Origin: Candidatus Moraniibacteriota bacterium
Lineage (GTDB): Bacteria; Patescibacteriota; Minisyncoccia; Moranbacterales; UBA1568
Direction: 5' to 3'
Length of the DNA: 64,000 bases
Assembly (NCBI GenBank): GCA_052035095.1
Contig: JBPOHW010000004.1
Span: 23,527 to 87,526, forward strand
The notes below the pieces were generated by a model. The model ran no database searches and was not told the DNA's origin. It worked only from the letters and a program-made list of their open reading frames with translations. Made by a program: the position numbers and the translations under genes. Positions within the stretch are counted from its first letter, which is position 1. The number at the start of each line of letters is the position of its first letter. Positions 1 to 10,332 of the stretch are shown here, piece by piece.

Positions 1-1
1 T

Positions 2-1894
2 TATTTTGCGATTCCGATAAGCGTTCTCGTTTCGGCGTTTGCTTCGTTTCTTTTTATTCCCTCGGCGCTTCCGTCTCTCGCCAATCCCAAGCCGTCAAAG
101 GCGTTTCCGGTCGAATTTTTTTCCGCGGCGATTCTCGTGACGATATCGACCGCTCTCTTTACCACGGTAGACGTGCTTTTGGCGAAGCACTTTATGTTCG
201 AGCGGAATGCCGGGGAATACGCGCTTCTGTCCTTGGTCGGCAAGGTGATTTTCTTTCTCGGCATTATGCCGAATATGTTCATGGTGACCTTTGTCGGACG
301 AAACCGAGGATTGGGAAAGGGAACGAAGAGCGTGTTTCGAATTATTTACTCGATTTCGGCGATTATAGTCACGGGAAGCGTGCTCGTGTTCGGATTTTTC
401 GGAGAGACGTTTGCCACATTGCTGTTCGGCGAAAAAATTCTCCAAATCGCATCTTTCCTTCCGATGTATACCGCGGCGATCGCTTTCTTCACACTCTCGA
501 CCATTATTGTGACGTATCATCTCGCGCGCAAACGGTATGTGTTCGTCTTTGCGGCGCTTTGTATGTCGCTTGCGGAAGCGGTGGGTATCTATCGGCTTCA
601 TTGGTCGCTCGACGGTGTCGTGTGGGTAGTCTTCCTCTCGAGTTTTTTTGGGTGGGTGCTTCTCGAATTCTTGCATTTTTCGGAACCGTCTTTTCAGTTC
701 TTCGGTCGGGCGTATCGGGATTTCCTCGGCGCCTTTCGGGGGCGTTCTCCGGAAGGAAAATTATCTTCAATCGGCAAGCGCGTACTCATTTTTAACTGGC
801 GCGATACGCGACACGCCTATAGCGGCGGCGCGGAAGTGTATGTCGAGGAAATCGCGAAGCGGTGGGTATCGGAAGGGCATACGGTTACGTTGTTCTGCGG
901 CAATGACGGGAAGTCTCCTCGGCACGAGACGCGAGACGGTATCCGCATTGTGCGTCGAGGCGGGTTTTACCTGGTCTACGCATGGGCGTTCGTGTATTAT
1001 TTCACTCGGTTTCGCGGGAAGTACGATGTGATTCTCGATTGCGAAAACGGCATCCCGTTTTTTACGCCATTCTATGTCAAGGAACCGGTCGTTTGCCTGT
1101 TGCATCACGTGCATCAAGACGTGTTCTTCCGATTTTTGCCGAAGCCCTTGGCGATGTTCGCGAGCTTTCTCGAGAAAACGCTGATGCCCTTGGTGTACGC
1201 GCGGGTTCCGTTCGTGACGGTGTCGCAGTCGAGTCGGAAAGATATGGAAGCGCTCGGTATCGGGAAAGCGGGCATTCGTATCGTCCACCCCGGAGTTCAT
1301 CTCGATGAGTTTGTTCCGTCCGAGCGGAAAACCGATCGACCGACTATTCTGTATCTCGGGAGGTTAAAAGCATACAAGTCGATCGATGTGTTACTTCGCG
1401 CGTTTCGATCAGTCATCGCCGAGCGACCGGAGGCTGAACTCATTATTGCCGGAGACGGCGATGAAGAATCCGCGTTGAAACGCTTGGCGTTTGAGGAGCT
1501 CCGCCTTGGGAGCGAGCGTGTTCGGTTTGTCGGTCACGTGTCGGAAGAAAAGAAGAAAGCGCTTCTTCAGGATGCATGGATGCTGATCAATCCGTCGATG
1601 ATGGAGGGGTGGGGCATTGTCGCGATCGAGGCGAACGCGTGCGGGACGCCGGTTGTCGCTTCCGATGTGCCGGGATTGCGCGATTCGGTAAAGAATCCGC
1701 ACTCCGGTTTTCTCGTTCCCTATGGCGACGCGGACGCGTTTGCCGAGAAAATGCTGCTTCTCATTCGCGATCGCGAGCTCCGGCTCGGTATGAATCGCGG
1801 CGCGCGCGAATGGGCGGAGCGGTTTGATTGGAATGTGTCGAGTAAATTGATGTTTGAGGCGATCTCTGTTTCAAATGATGAACGAGTGATATGA
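2..1894 (+). CDS. Flippase/polysaccharide-biosynthesis-like membrane domain fused to a GT4 glycosyltransferase (5' partial)
   Basis: Frame is open from the window edge. N-terminal multi-TM region, then GT-B motifs (NWRD..H..GGAE, YLGRLKAYK, PSMMEGWGIVAIEANACGTPVVASDVPGL). Confidence 0.85.
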   Translation, partial: YFAIPISVLVSAFASFLFIPSALPSLANPKPSKAFPVEFFSAAILVTISTALFTTVDVLLAKHFMFERNAGEYALLSLVGKVIFFLGIMPNMFMVTFVGRNRGLGKGTKSVFRIIYSISAIIVTGSVLVFGFFGETFATLLFGEKILQIASFLPMYTAAIAFFTLSTIIVTYHLARKRYVFVFAALCMSLAEAVGIYRLHWSLDGVVWVVFLSSFFGWVLLEFLHFSEPSFQFFGRAYRDFLGAFRGRSPEGKLSSIGKRVLIFNWRDTRHAYSGGAEVYVEEIAKRWVSEGHTVTLFCGNDGKSPRHETRDGIRIVRRGGFYLVYAWAFVYYFTRFRGKYDVILDCENGIPFFTPFYVKEPVVCLLHHVHQDVFFRFLPKPLAMFASFLEKTLMPLVYARVPFVTVSQSSRKDMEALGIGKAGIRIVHPGVHLDEFVPSERKTDRPTILYLGRLKAYKSIDVLLRAFRSVIAERPEAELIIAGDGDEESALKRLAFEELRLGSERVRFVGHVSEEKKKALLQDAWMLINPSMMEGWGIVAIEANACGTPVVASDVPGLRDSVKNPHSGFLVPYGDADAFAEKMLLLIRDRELRLGMNRGAREWAERFDWNVSSKLMFEAISVSNDERVI

Positions 1895-2793
1895 AACCAT
1901 TTACCGTTATCGTGGGCGTACCGGCATACAACGAGGAAGCGAATATCGCTTTCTTGCTTGAAGATATCCTGAGACAACGGTGTGAGAGTTTTGTCTTGAA
2001 AGAAATCGTGATCGTGTCGGATGGAAGCACGGATGAAACGTCGGATATCGCGAAGCGATATGAGTTTCGCGCGGTTTCGGTTCGAGGTGACGGAAAGCGA
2101 AAAGGAAAGGCGACAAGACTGAATGAAATTTTTGATGCCGCCCGGGGTCGCGCGGACGCGGTGGTACTCTTCGATGCCGATATCGCGCTTGTCGGAGACG
2201 AGGTGCTCGAGAAAATGGTCGGCGCGGTTCGTTCCGGCGCGGACCTGGTATCTTCGGAACTTTTGGCACTTCCGCCGAAGACGATGACCGGTCGGGCGAT
2301 TTTTGCGAGTCATGAATTGAAGCGACGGATGTTTGCCGAGTGGAGGCGGGGAGAGAATATCTATGCGTGCCATGGCGCGGCCCGCGCGTTTTCAAGTCGC
2401 CTTTTCCCCATCCTTCGGTTCAAAGAAAGTGTCGGCGAGGATGCGTATTCGTATCTTTTTGCCAAACAGCGAGGGTTTCGATATGCTCGCGTGTCGACCG
2501 CGGCGGTTCGCATTCGCGTGCCGGAAACGCTGCGGGATCACGAGAAACAGAGCCGGAGATTTACGGATTCGCAAGCGCTTTTTTTTCGCGAATTCGGACG
2601 AATTGCGGTTTCGGAAGAATACCGGTATCCGAAGTCATTGTTGGTGAGGTATTTCTCGAAATTTTTTCTAATACACCCCTTTGCACTCTCGTGGTATGTG
2701 GGTATTATGTTATATCTCCGCTTTTTCTCTCGGTTTCGCGAACAACAAGGAACATGGTCACCCGCATCGAGCTCCAAGGTTCTCCACTCATAA
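1891..2793 (+). CDS. GT2 family glycosyltransferase
   Basis: VGVPAYNEE, VSDGSTDET, FDAD (DxD) and GED motifs. Confidence 0.9.
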   Translation: MKPFTVIVGVPAYNEEANIAFLLEDILRQRCESFVLKEIVIVSDGSTDETSDIAKRYEFRAVSVRGDGKRKGKATRLNEIFDAARGRADAVVLFDADIALVGDEVLEKMVGAVRSGADLVSSELLALPPKTMTGRAIFASHELKRRMFAEWRRGENIYACHGAARAFSSRLFPILRFKESVGEDAYSYLFAKQRGFRYARVSTAAVRIRVPETLRDHEKQSRRFTDSQALFFREFGRIAVSEEYRYPKSLLVRYFSKFFLIHPFALSWYVGIMLYLRFFSRFREQQGTWSPASSSKVLHS

Positions 2794-2806
2794 TAATCGC
2801 GTCGAT

Positions 2807-3619
2807 ATGTTTTCTTTCGGATCTTCCATGTCACTTCGTGTTCGTCGAATTGTATATACATTTCTTCGGATTTCGGATGTTTTTTTCCCGCGCCGTCGAG
2901 ACAAGCTGGTGATTTTTTCCTACCACAGCATTGCAAAAGACGCGTGGCGTTTCAGTATCGATCCGGAACTGTTTCGAGTCCAGATCGAGGCGCTTCTCTC
3001 GACATACCGACCCATCTCTCTTTCGGAGGCGGTTGAGTTTCTTTACGGAAAACGTGTGATTGAACAACCTTCGTTTGTTTTGACTTTTGATGATGGCTAT
3101 CGAGATATTCTCGACGTGAAGGAATTTCTCGCGGAAAAGAAGATTCGTCCGACGTGTTTCATCCTTTCCGATTCTCCGCGCGCGGATCTCGCGGAATTGG
3201 GGACGCGACGAGAATTTCTGAATGTCGCCGATATCCGAGAGTTGATGTCCTCGGGATGGGAAGTCGGGTGTCATAGCGCGACGCACGGAGATTTTTGGGC
3301 GATGACGCCGGAGAGGATTTTCGAGGAGACGGCAAACGCCAAGAAAAAACTCGAAGCCGAACTCGGCGTTCCCGTCCGATATTTCGCCTATCCGCGGGGA
3401 CGGTATACGGACGCGGCGAAGCGCATCATACGGGACGCTGGGTATGATTTGGCGCTCTCTATGGATGACGGATTTCTTTCGACCAAGACCGATCTTCTCG
3501 CCGTGCCGCGTATCGGCGTCGATCGGACGCACACATTGAAAGAATTCGGCGCGATTCACACGGACGCGGCGATACTCTTTCGAAGACTGGTAAAAAAAAT
3601 TATTGGAAAATTTTTATGA
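2807..3619 (+). CDS. Polysaccharide deacetylase (CE4/NodB family)
   Basis: YHSI, LTFDDGY, HSATH and FAYPRG motifs. Start moved to ATG 2807 to avoid overlap with the GT2 gene. Confidence 0.9.
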   Translation: MFSFGSSMSLRVRRIVYTFLRISDVFFPRRRDKLVIFSYHSIAKDAWRFSIDPELFRVQIEALLSTYRPISLSEAVEFLYGKRVIEQPSFVLTFDDGYRDILDVKEFLAEKKIRPTCFILSDSPRADLAELGTRREFLNVADIRELMSSGWEVGCHSATHGDFWAMTPERIFEETANAKKKLEAELGVPVRYFAYPRGRYTDAAKRIIRDAGYDLALSMDDGFLSTKTDLLAVPRIGVDRTHTLKEFGAIHTDAAILFRRLVKKIIGKFL

Positions 3620-4350
3620 ATATGCGAAATACTCTTCTCAAAGTTCTCGGACCCGTTCGCGCTCGACTGATGCGAATGCTTCGACCGAAGTCCGGGTATT
3701 TTCTCTTTCCCGTTCCCATGCGAAAACTTGAGCCTATCAGTTCAAAATTCGGGTACGATCGGGGGACGCCTGTTGATCGGTACTATATCGAACGTTTTCT
3801 CGACGGAGTCAAACTCGATATTCGCGGGAAGTGTCTTGAGGTGACGGACAGCGCTTATACAAAACGATTCGGCGAAGATCGGGTGACAAAGAGCGAAGTG
3901 GTTGACATTGATCGAAATAACACAAACGCGACGATCCTTGCCGATCTCCGCGATATGCGAAAGGAAATACCCGATGATACGTTTGATACGATTATCGCGA
4001 CGCACACATTTGGCGTGATTGATGATTTTGAAGCGGCGATACGCGAATGTGTGAGAATTTTGAAGCCGGGTGGCACACTGATTGCGACCGTATCATCCCT
4101 CGGTGTCGCCGCTGAACCCGAGCTTGCGTATTGGAGATTCACGAAGGCGTCGGCGCGATATGTGTTTGGGAAATACTTTGATCGAGAGACGCTCCGCATT
4201 TCGACATTTGGCAATGTGCTTTCGGGTCAAGCGTTTTGGGTGGGACTTGCCGCCGAGGAACTTTCCACAGAAGAGCTTCGAAAAAATGATGATCGGTATC
4301 CGATCGTTATCGGTATTTCCGCAAAGAAAAGTCTTCACGATAATTCATAA
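3616..4350 (+). CDS. Class I SAM-dependent methyltransferase (glycan-cluster type)
   Basis: FGYDRGTPVDRYYIE N-terminus; FDTII...RILKPGG motif. Confidence 0.8.
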   Translation: MNMRNTLLKVLGPVRARLMRMLRPKSGYFLFPVPMRKLEPISSKFGYDRGTPVDRYYIERFLDGVKLDIRGKCLEVTDSAYTKRFGEDRVTKSEVVDIDRNNTNATILADLRDMRKEIPDDTFDTIIATHTFGVIDDFEAAIRECVRILKPGGTLIATVSSLGVAAEPELAYWRFTKASARYVFGKYFDRETLRISTFGNVLSGQAFWVGLAAEELSTEELRKNDDRYPIVIGISAKKSLHDNS

Positions 4351-4361
4351 GAGAAAGATGT

Positions 4362-5570
4362 ATGAACTCCAATGTGACCAAACTCTCGAAAGAAGAAAAG
4401 CGGCTTGATGTCGTGGTGAAGTTTTTTTATCCGGTCGTTGCCGGTATCGAAACGAATATCTTGAATATCTATTCCTATCTGGCGACACAGGGGTGGGAGG
4501 TGGTGATTCATACCTCGACGAGTACGCCGGACGCGCCTCATTCGCTACCGAGTACGGGGGAGATTCGCGGACTTTCCATTCGCCGATACCGATGGCGTTG
4601 GTACGGATTTGTTCCGGATATTGATTGGCGACGGTCGGGTTCGGTATGTCTTCACAACTTCAATGTGTTTCCGCACAGTTGGATGCTGTCACTCCTCCTG
4701 TTTTTGAAAATGATTCGCCGGACGCGCCGCGCCGTTTTTCTTATTCCTCACGGTGGATATACGCCCGGCTGGTGGACATTTACGCGATTTCAGAGAATAT
4801 CGAAGCGTCTGTATCAGAAATTTATCGGGACATTCTTGATTAACCGTTCGGTAGATGGTCTTCGATCCGTTTCGGAATGGGAAACCGAAGAAACGATCAA
4901 GAGCGGTGTTCGTCGCGATATCGTCGAGACGATTCCAAACGGCATCGAGAAGGAAGTGTATTCCGATATTGAGCGGTTGGCGAGCGATCGTATTCGAACG
5001 CTGGTGAAGGAGCTTGGCGAATATGTGGTTCAGGTCGGGCGTATCCATCCCATCAAGAATCAGTTGACAACGATTCGCGCCGTCGCGAAGGTTCCCGGTG
5101 TCGCGTTTGCGATTGCGGGTCCCGTTACCGATGAAGCGTACAAGAAAACACTCGACGAAGAAATCCGAAAGCTCGGCGTTGCCGATCGAATTCATTTTCT
5201 CGGTGTCGTTGACGGAGTTGACAAGTACTACCTTCTTCGTCATTCTTTGGCAAATACGCATATGGCGTCGTGGGAGAGCTACTGCAATGCCGTTCACGAG
5301 TCAATGAGTCAGGGTTGTATTTGTATTGTCGCCAAAGATACGGCATTGGAAGAACTTATTCGAGATGGCGTAAACGGATACGCGGTTCCCGTTTCGGATG
5401 CTGAGGGAGTCGCGGATAAAATACGCTTTGTTCTCCACAATAGAGAGAGCGAAACGATAGCGGCGATGCGGAAGCGAAATATTGATTTTACGGCAGGGCA
5501 CTCCTGGGATGATCTCGCGCGGCGAGTTGAGGCGTTTTATACGAAAATTCTTCTTGGGAAGCGGTCATAA
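4362..5570 (+). CDS. GT4 family glycosyltransferase
   Basis: FYPVVAGIE, IPNGI, VGRIHPIKNQ, ESYCNAVHESM (E-x7-E) and DGVNG motifs. Confidence 0.85.
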   Translation: MNSNVTKLSKEEKRLDVVVKFFYPVVAGIETNILNIYSYLATQGWEVVIHTSTSTPDAPHSLPSTGEIRGLSIRRYRWRWYGFVPDIDWRRSGSVCLHNFNVFPHSWMLSLLLFLKMIRRTRRAVFLIPHGGYTPGWWTFTRFQRISKRLYQKFIGTFLINRSVDGLRSVSEWETEETIKSGVRRDIVETIPNGIEKEVYSDIERLASDRIRTLVKELGEYVVQVGRIHPIKNQLTTIRAVAKVPGVAFAIAGPVTDEAYKKTLDEEIRKLGVADRIHFLGVVDGVDKYYLLRHSLANTHMASWESYCNAVHESMSQGCICIVAKDTALEELIRDGVNGYAVPVSDAEGVADKIRFVLHNRESETIAAMRKRNIDFTAGHSWDDLARRVEAFYTKILLGKRS

Positions 5571-5585
5571 ATCTCTCTTTATTGT

Positions 5586-7169
5586 ATGAATGTATTTTTG
5601 AAAGTATTCGGGTTCAGTAGAATTTCTTCTGGGTGGCTCCTTTTGTGTTTTTCGGCGCTTGTTTTTTTGTTCGCGCTTCGCGGGCTTCCGGGGAATCCGA
5701 CGGCGGAAGAAATGATGGCGACGGAAACGTGGCGATCCGAGGGTCCGCTTGAGCTGTCTCCAGAGCGGGGACGTTTCGCGCTCCTCTACTCTATCGTTGA
5801 AGATGAATCTCTCTTTTTTTCGCTTCCGGTTGCTCGTCTTGCGACGCCCGACCTCGCTCTCAATCCGGAGGGGAAATTCGTTTCGCTTTTCGCGCCGTTC
5901 CTCTCGTTTATCCTTATACCCGGGTACTTCACTGGGAAATTGTTGGGAGCATCCGTTGTCGGGGCGATTGCCATGATCGCGCTTTTCGCGGCGGGAAACG
6001 CTCTGTTTGTTCGAGCTATAGCGCTTCGTCTTGGCGCCGGAAGGAACGCGGCATCGCTTGGCGCGCTCACGTTTCTTTTCGGGACGCCAGCATTTGCCTA
6101 TGGGACGACACTCTACCAGCATCATGTTTCCGTGTTTTTACTTCTTTTTTCGGTGTACGCATTGCTTCGTTGGAATACTTTTTGGTCGCTTTCGCTGGTG
6201 TTTTTGTTGATCGGCATATCCGTACCGCTCGACAATCCGAATGCGTTTCTCTTCATCCCGATTGCTCTGTGGGCATTGGCGCGTATCGTATCGGTGAAGG
6301 CAGGGGAGTCCGGAGACGCTTTTTCGATGACGGCTCGTCCGCTCCTACTTTTTTCCGGATTGATTGTCGTGGTCCCGCTTCTGCTTTTTATGTGGTACAA
6401 CGTAACGGTAAACGGCGGGGTACTTCAGCTTTCCGGAACGCTCCCGAATGTTCCCGCGATTTCCGAGAATGGATTGGCTCTTGACTCCGATCCCAATCAA
6501 CACACGGAAAAAAAGCCGGAAGAGAGAGAAGAGAAAACAGCGATTGGTTTTTTTGAGACGAGAAATATTTTGAACGGACTCTATGTTCATCTCGTGAGTC
6601 CCGATCGCGGTACTCTTCGATATACTCCGGTTATACTGCTTGGAATTTTTGGATTTGTTTTACTGTATCGGAAGAAGAAGTTTCTTGTTTTGAATGTGCT
6701 CGCTGGCGTTTCTTTGGTGACGCTCCTCCTCTATTCACTCTGGGGTGATCCGTGGGGCGGGTGGGCGTTTGGGTCGCGATATCTTATCCCGGCATACGCG
6801 ATGCTTGGTATCGGTATCAGTATCGCGCTTGAGGAATGGAAGAAGTCTCGTGTTTTTCTCGGTGTTTTTTGCGCGCTTTTCGTTTATTCCGTCGGCGTGA
6901 ATACGCTCGGGGCGATCACGTCGAGCGCGAATCCGCCGCAAATACAGGTCTTGGAACTCGAAGCGCTTTCCGGAAAAGAGCAAAAGTACACCTTCGCGAG
7001 AAACTGGCAGTATCTCCACGAATCGGGATCGAAATCGCTTGCGTATCAAATTGGGATGAATCGACGTATGAGTGCCGAGGCGTACTATTGGTTTCTGGTC
7101 ACGCTTGTTGTCGCGGGGTCGTCGGGGTTTCTTGTTTCTCTCGCCCGTGAAAAAAATCGTACACTATGA
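5586..7169 (+). CDS. Polytopic membrane protein, probable GT-C fold glycosyltransferase
   Basis: About 10-12 hydrophobic segments; WGGWAFGSRYLIP motif typical of GT-C-like proteins. Confidence 0.6.
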   Translation: MNVFLKVFGFSRISSGWLLLCFSALVFLFALRGLPGNPTAEEMMATETWRSEGPLELSPERGRFALLYSIVEDESLFFSLPVARLATPDLALNPEGKFVSLFAPFLSFILIPGYFTGKLLGASVVGAIAMIALFAAGNALFVRAIALRLGAGRNAASLGALTFLFGTPAFAYGTTLYQHHVSVFLLLFSVYALLRWNTFWSLSLVFLLIGISVPLDNPNAFLFIPIALWALARIVSVKAGESGDAFSMTARPLLLFSGLIVVVPLLLFMWYNVTVNGGVLQLSGTLPNVPAISENGLALDSDPNQHTEKKPEEREEKTAIGFFETRNILNGLYVHLVSPDRGTLRYTPVILLGIFGFVLLYRKKKFLVLNVLAGVSLVTLLLYSLWGDPWGGWAFGSRYLIPAYAMLGIGISIALEEWKKSRVFLGVFCALFVYSVGVNTLGAITSSANPPQIQVLELEALSGKEQKYTFARNWQYLHESGSKSLAYQIGMNRRMSAEAYYWFLVTLVVAGSSGFLVSLAREKNRTL

Positions 7170-8797
7170 AATTCTCCGGAAAACAATTCTTCGGATTCCA
7201 ATGGTCGATTTCGCGCGAACGGATTGATGGCGTTCGAGCTTTTTTTGAGCGGCACGGGACGGCGATTGTTATGAGCGTTCTCTCGGCGGTTTCCGTGTGG
7301 GCGTTTTTGCACTATTACTCGAACGGTTTGGGACTTGCTTATAACGACGCGCGGTCGCATCTCGATATCGGGCGGCGCGTGGTCGAGGGACTTCGACCCG
7401 GATTTGCGCAGTTGGGGAGTGTGTGGTTGCCTTTGACGCACCTCTTGATGACGCTCACGATCTGGAATGATTTTATGTGGCATTCGGGACTCGCGGGGGC
7501 GCTCTGGTCTATGGTCGCGTTTGTCGGGACCGGCGTTCTCATCTTTCTTTTTTTGCGCGAGCTTGGCGTGGGACTTTTGGGGCGATTCGTCGGCGTCGCT
7601 CTCTTTGCAACGAACCTCAACATTCTCTATCTTCAGTCAACCGCGATGACAGAGCTCGTGCTCTTGGGAACGATGACCGCCGCCGTCTATTTCCTGCTTC
7701 TCTGGTATACGCGGAAGAAGCTCCCGTTTTTGCTCCTCTCGGCTCTCTTCGTGATGTTCTCGACACTCGTTCGATATGACGGGTGGTTTCTCCTGTTCTT
7801 TCTCTCGATGATGATTGTCGTCTCGGTGTGGAAGTCCGGAGGGTACGTGAAGTCCGAGGGGACATTTGTGCTCTTTGCGACACTTGGCGGATTCGGGGTT
7901 TTTCTGTGGCTTCTGTGGAATCTTCTTATTTTCGGTGATCCGCTTTTCTTCGCCTTCGGTCCCTACTCGGCGCATACGCAACAACTGGATCTCGCGTCGG
8001 CGGGCGTCCTTCCGACCAAGGGCGATTGGTTGCTCTCGGCAAAGATGTATTTCTACGCGCTCGCGTACAATACAAACGCCTTCGCGCTCTTCTTGGGCGT
8101 GATCGGGTCGGCGCTTCTTTTCTTTGATCGACGTATCGCGCCTCGGGCGCGGTTTGCGACACTCGCGTTGTTCGCGCCGCTTTTCTTCAATATCTTGGCA
8201 CTCTATCTCGGACATTCGGTTCTCTTTATCCAGGGGCTCTCGGGAGATACGTGGTTCAATGTGCGCTATGGCATTATGATGATGCCGTCGGTCGCCATCT
8301 TTGTCGGGTATCTCGTTCATCGGGCGGCGGGACTTCGTCCCGTGCTCGTCGGGCTTTTGCTCTTTGTGCTCTTTTTCCAATTCTCAAGTCACGACGCGGT
8401 GACGATTGACGACGGACGCGTGGGATCGAGTCAGAAAAACGTGACGGAAGTTGCCGGATGGCTCGCGAAAAACGCGGGTCCGCGCGAGGGCTTCATCCTC
8501 ATCTCCGCCGCGTCGCATGACTCTATCATTTTCTCTTCGGGACTTCCGATGAGTCGATTCATCCACGAAGGAACGGGACCCTACTACGCGAGCGCGATTG
8601 AGAACCCCGATCGGTGGGCGCGCTGGATCGTCGTTCGGACAAACTCGGACAGTGACTCGACGTGGCGACTTCTCAAAGATAGTTTCGGATTTCTCGACCG
8701 CTACACCAAGGTGGACTCGTATCCCTTCGCGGACGTGTACGAGTTGAAACCCGAGTATTTCGGCGGACTTATCACGGAGCCGGTGAGTGGGTGGTGA
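7166..8797 (+). CDS. GT-C (PMT/ArnT-like) glycosyltransferase
   Basis: YNDARSHL in the first loop, VWLPL, STAMTE, RYDGW and NVRYG motifs; many TM segments. Confidence 0.75.
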   Translation: MKFSGKQFFGFQWSISRERIDGVRAFFERHGTAIVMSVLSAVSVWAFLHYYSNGLGLAYNDARSHLDIGRRVVEGLRPGFAQLGSVWLPLTHLLMTLTIWNDFMWHSGLAGALWSMVAFVGTGVLIFLFLRELGVGLLGRFVGVALFATNLNILYLQSTAMTELVLLGTMTAAVYFLLLWYTRKKLPFLLLSALFVMFSTLVRYDGWFLLFFLSMMIVVSVWKSGGYVKSEGTFVLFATLGGFGVFLWLLWNLLIFGDPLFFAFGPYSAHTQQLDLASAGVLPTKGDWLLSAKMYFYALAYNTNAFALFLGVIGSALLFFDRRIAPRARFATLALFAPLFFNILALYLGHSVLFIQGLSGDTWFNVRYGIMMMPSVAIFVGYLVHRAAGLRPVLVGLLLFVLFFQFSSHDAVTIDDGRVGSSQKNVTEVAGWLAKNAGPREGFILISAASHDSIIFSSGLPMSRFIHEGTGPYYASAIENPDRWARWIVVRTNSDSDSTWRLLKDSFGFLDRYTKVDSYPFADVYELKPEYFGGLITEPVSGW

Positions 8798-8844
8798 ATT
8801 TTTGATATTATACCAGCTTATTTTTAATCTCTGCTATCTTGTGA

Positions 8845-8939
8845 GTTGCCGAAACTGCAAAAAATATTTTTTCTCACATGCTCCTCGTTGGGCTCGGAGC
8901 AAGCTTTCGAAAAATTATTTTTTGCAGTTTCGGCGTGCA
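8845..8939 (+). repeat. Palindromic intergenic element family R1, copy 1
   Basis: GTTGCC...GGCGTGCA ends and a 19-bp inverted repeat; homologous copies at 17482, 18542 and 21008. Confidence 0.9.
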
Positions 8940-9017
8940 CGGTAGAAGTCTTTAGAGTAATTTAGTATCATTCGAAAAACTTTTTGTTATACGACTGCTC
9001 CGTGATATTGTAGATTC

Positions 9018-10292
9018 ATGAAGTGGATATTTTTTGGTTTTGGTGTTTTTGCGGTGCTTGGCGCGGGAGGGATGTTGCTTCTCGGAGTGCTTTCATCCGG
9101 AAGCGGGAAGCTTATGGTGTACCCCAAGCCGGAGGCGAGCTTTTGGGCGTTTCGGTCGATTGATACGATGAAACACTCGCGGGATTTGGCGCGGGAGAAG
9201 CTTCATGACGCGTCGTATGACGCAGTGATTGAGCGAGAGGTGAAGGCTATCGCCGAGACGGGCGCTTCGCACATCGCGATTGCGACGCCGTATGATGAGG
9301 AATTTATTCCGTATCTTTCGCGGTGGGTTGAGGCGGCGAGGCGACACGATTTGCGCGTTTGGTTTCGCGGAAACTTCTCGGGATGGGAAGAGTGGTTCGG
9401 GTATTCGCGTATTTCACGCGAGGAACATCTTCAAAAAATGAAATCTTTTCTTCTGAAACACCCGGATCTTTTCCAAGACGGCGATGCGTTTTCGTCGTGT
9501 CCGGAATGTGAAAACGGCGGTCCGGGGGATCCGCGGCAGACGGGTGACGTGTCGGGATATCGAAACTTTTTGGTCGAAGAGTACGAGGCGGCGAACGAGT
9601 CGTTCGAGAAAACAGGGAAGCGGGTTATGACACATTTCTTTTCGATGAACGGCGATGTGGCGCGGCTCGTGATGGACAAAGACACGACGAAAAAGTTGGG
9701 CGGCGCGGTGACGGTGGACCACTATGTAAAGACACCCGAGACGCTCGCGCGCGACGCGGAGGATTTCATCGGACGAAGCGGTGGGAAGCTCGTTCTCGGG
9801 GAATTTGGCGCGCCGATCCCGGATATTCACGGGGCGATGAGCGAGGGTGAACAGGCAGAGTGGCTCGAAGATTCGCTCTACCGGCTCGCGCGCGTTCCGG
9901 ATGTGTTTGGCGTGAGCTACTGGACGCACGCGGGGAGTTCGACCGCGCTCTGGGATGAGAAAGGAAATGCTCGGGAGGCGGTCGGAATTCTTTCCAAATT
10001 CTATCGTCCCAAAGTGTTCTACGGCGTGGTGTCGGATGAATTGGGGACGCCGATTCGAGACGCGCGCGTGTCAATCGGCGGTGATGAGACCGAGACAAAT
10101 AACGAGGGCTACTTTGAGCTTCGCGCGCCGATCGGCGCCGGTGAAAAAACAATGATTTCCGTTTTCGCCCCGGGATTTCTCTCGGCCGACAATTCGGGCG
10201 AGGAATCACAAATGCGAATCATTCTCCGACGCGAACACGAAACAAAATGGTTCAAATTACAAAAATGGTTGAAAGAACGAGCGGGGAATTGA
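9018..10292 (+). CDS. Membrane-anchored putative clan-A glycoside hydrolase with C-terminal carboxypeptidase-regulatory-like domain
   Basis: N-terminal TM; TIM-barrel-like region with PECEN and VLGEFG; C-terminal GVVSDELGTPIRDARV...TNNEGYF beta-sandwich. Confidence 0.55.
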   Translation: MKWIFFGFGVFAVLGAGGMLLLGVLSSGSGKLMVYPKPEASFWAFRSIDTMKHSRDLAREKLHDASYDAVIEREVKAIAETGASHIAIATPYDEEFIPYLSRWVEAARRHDLRVWFRGNFSGWEEWFGYSRISREEHLQKMKSFLLKHPDLFQDGDAFSSCPECENGGPGDPRQTGDVSGYRNFLVEEYEAANESFEKTGKRVMTHFFSMNGDVARLVMDKDTTKKLGGAVTVDHYVKTPETLARDAEDFIGRSGGKLVLGEFGAPIPDIHGAMSEGEQAEWLEDSLYRLARVPDVFGVSYWTHAGSSTALWDEKGNAREAVGILSKFYRPKVFYGVVSDELGTPIRDARVSIGGDETETNNEGYFELRAPIGAGEKTMISVFAPGFLSADNSGEESQMRIILRREHETKWFKLQKWLKERAGN

Positions 10293-10332
10293 GAATGGGG
10301 AATGGAGAATGAAGAACAATGAATGGAACACT

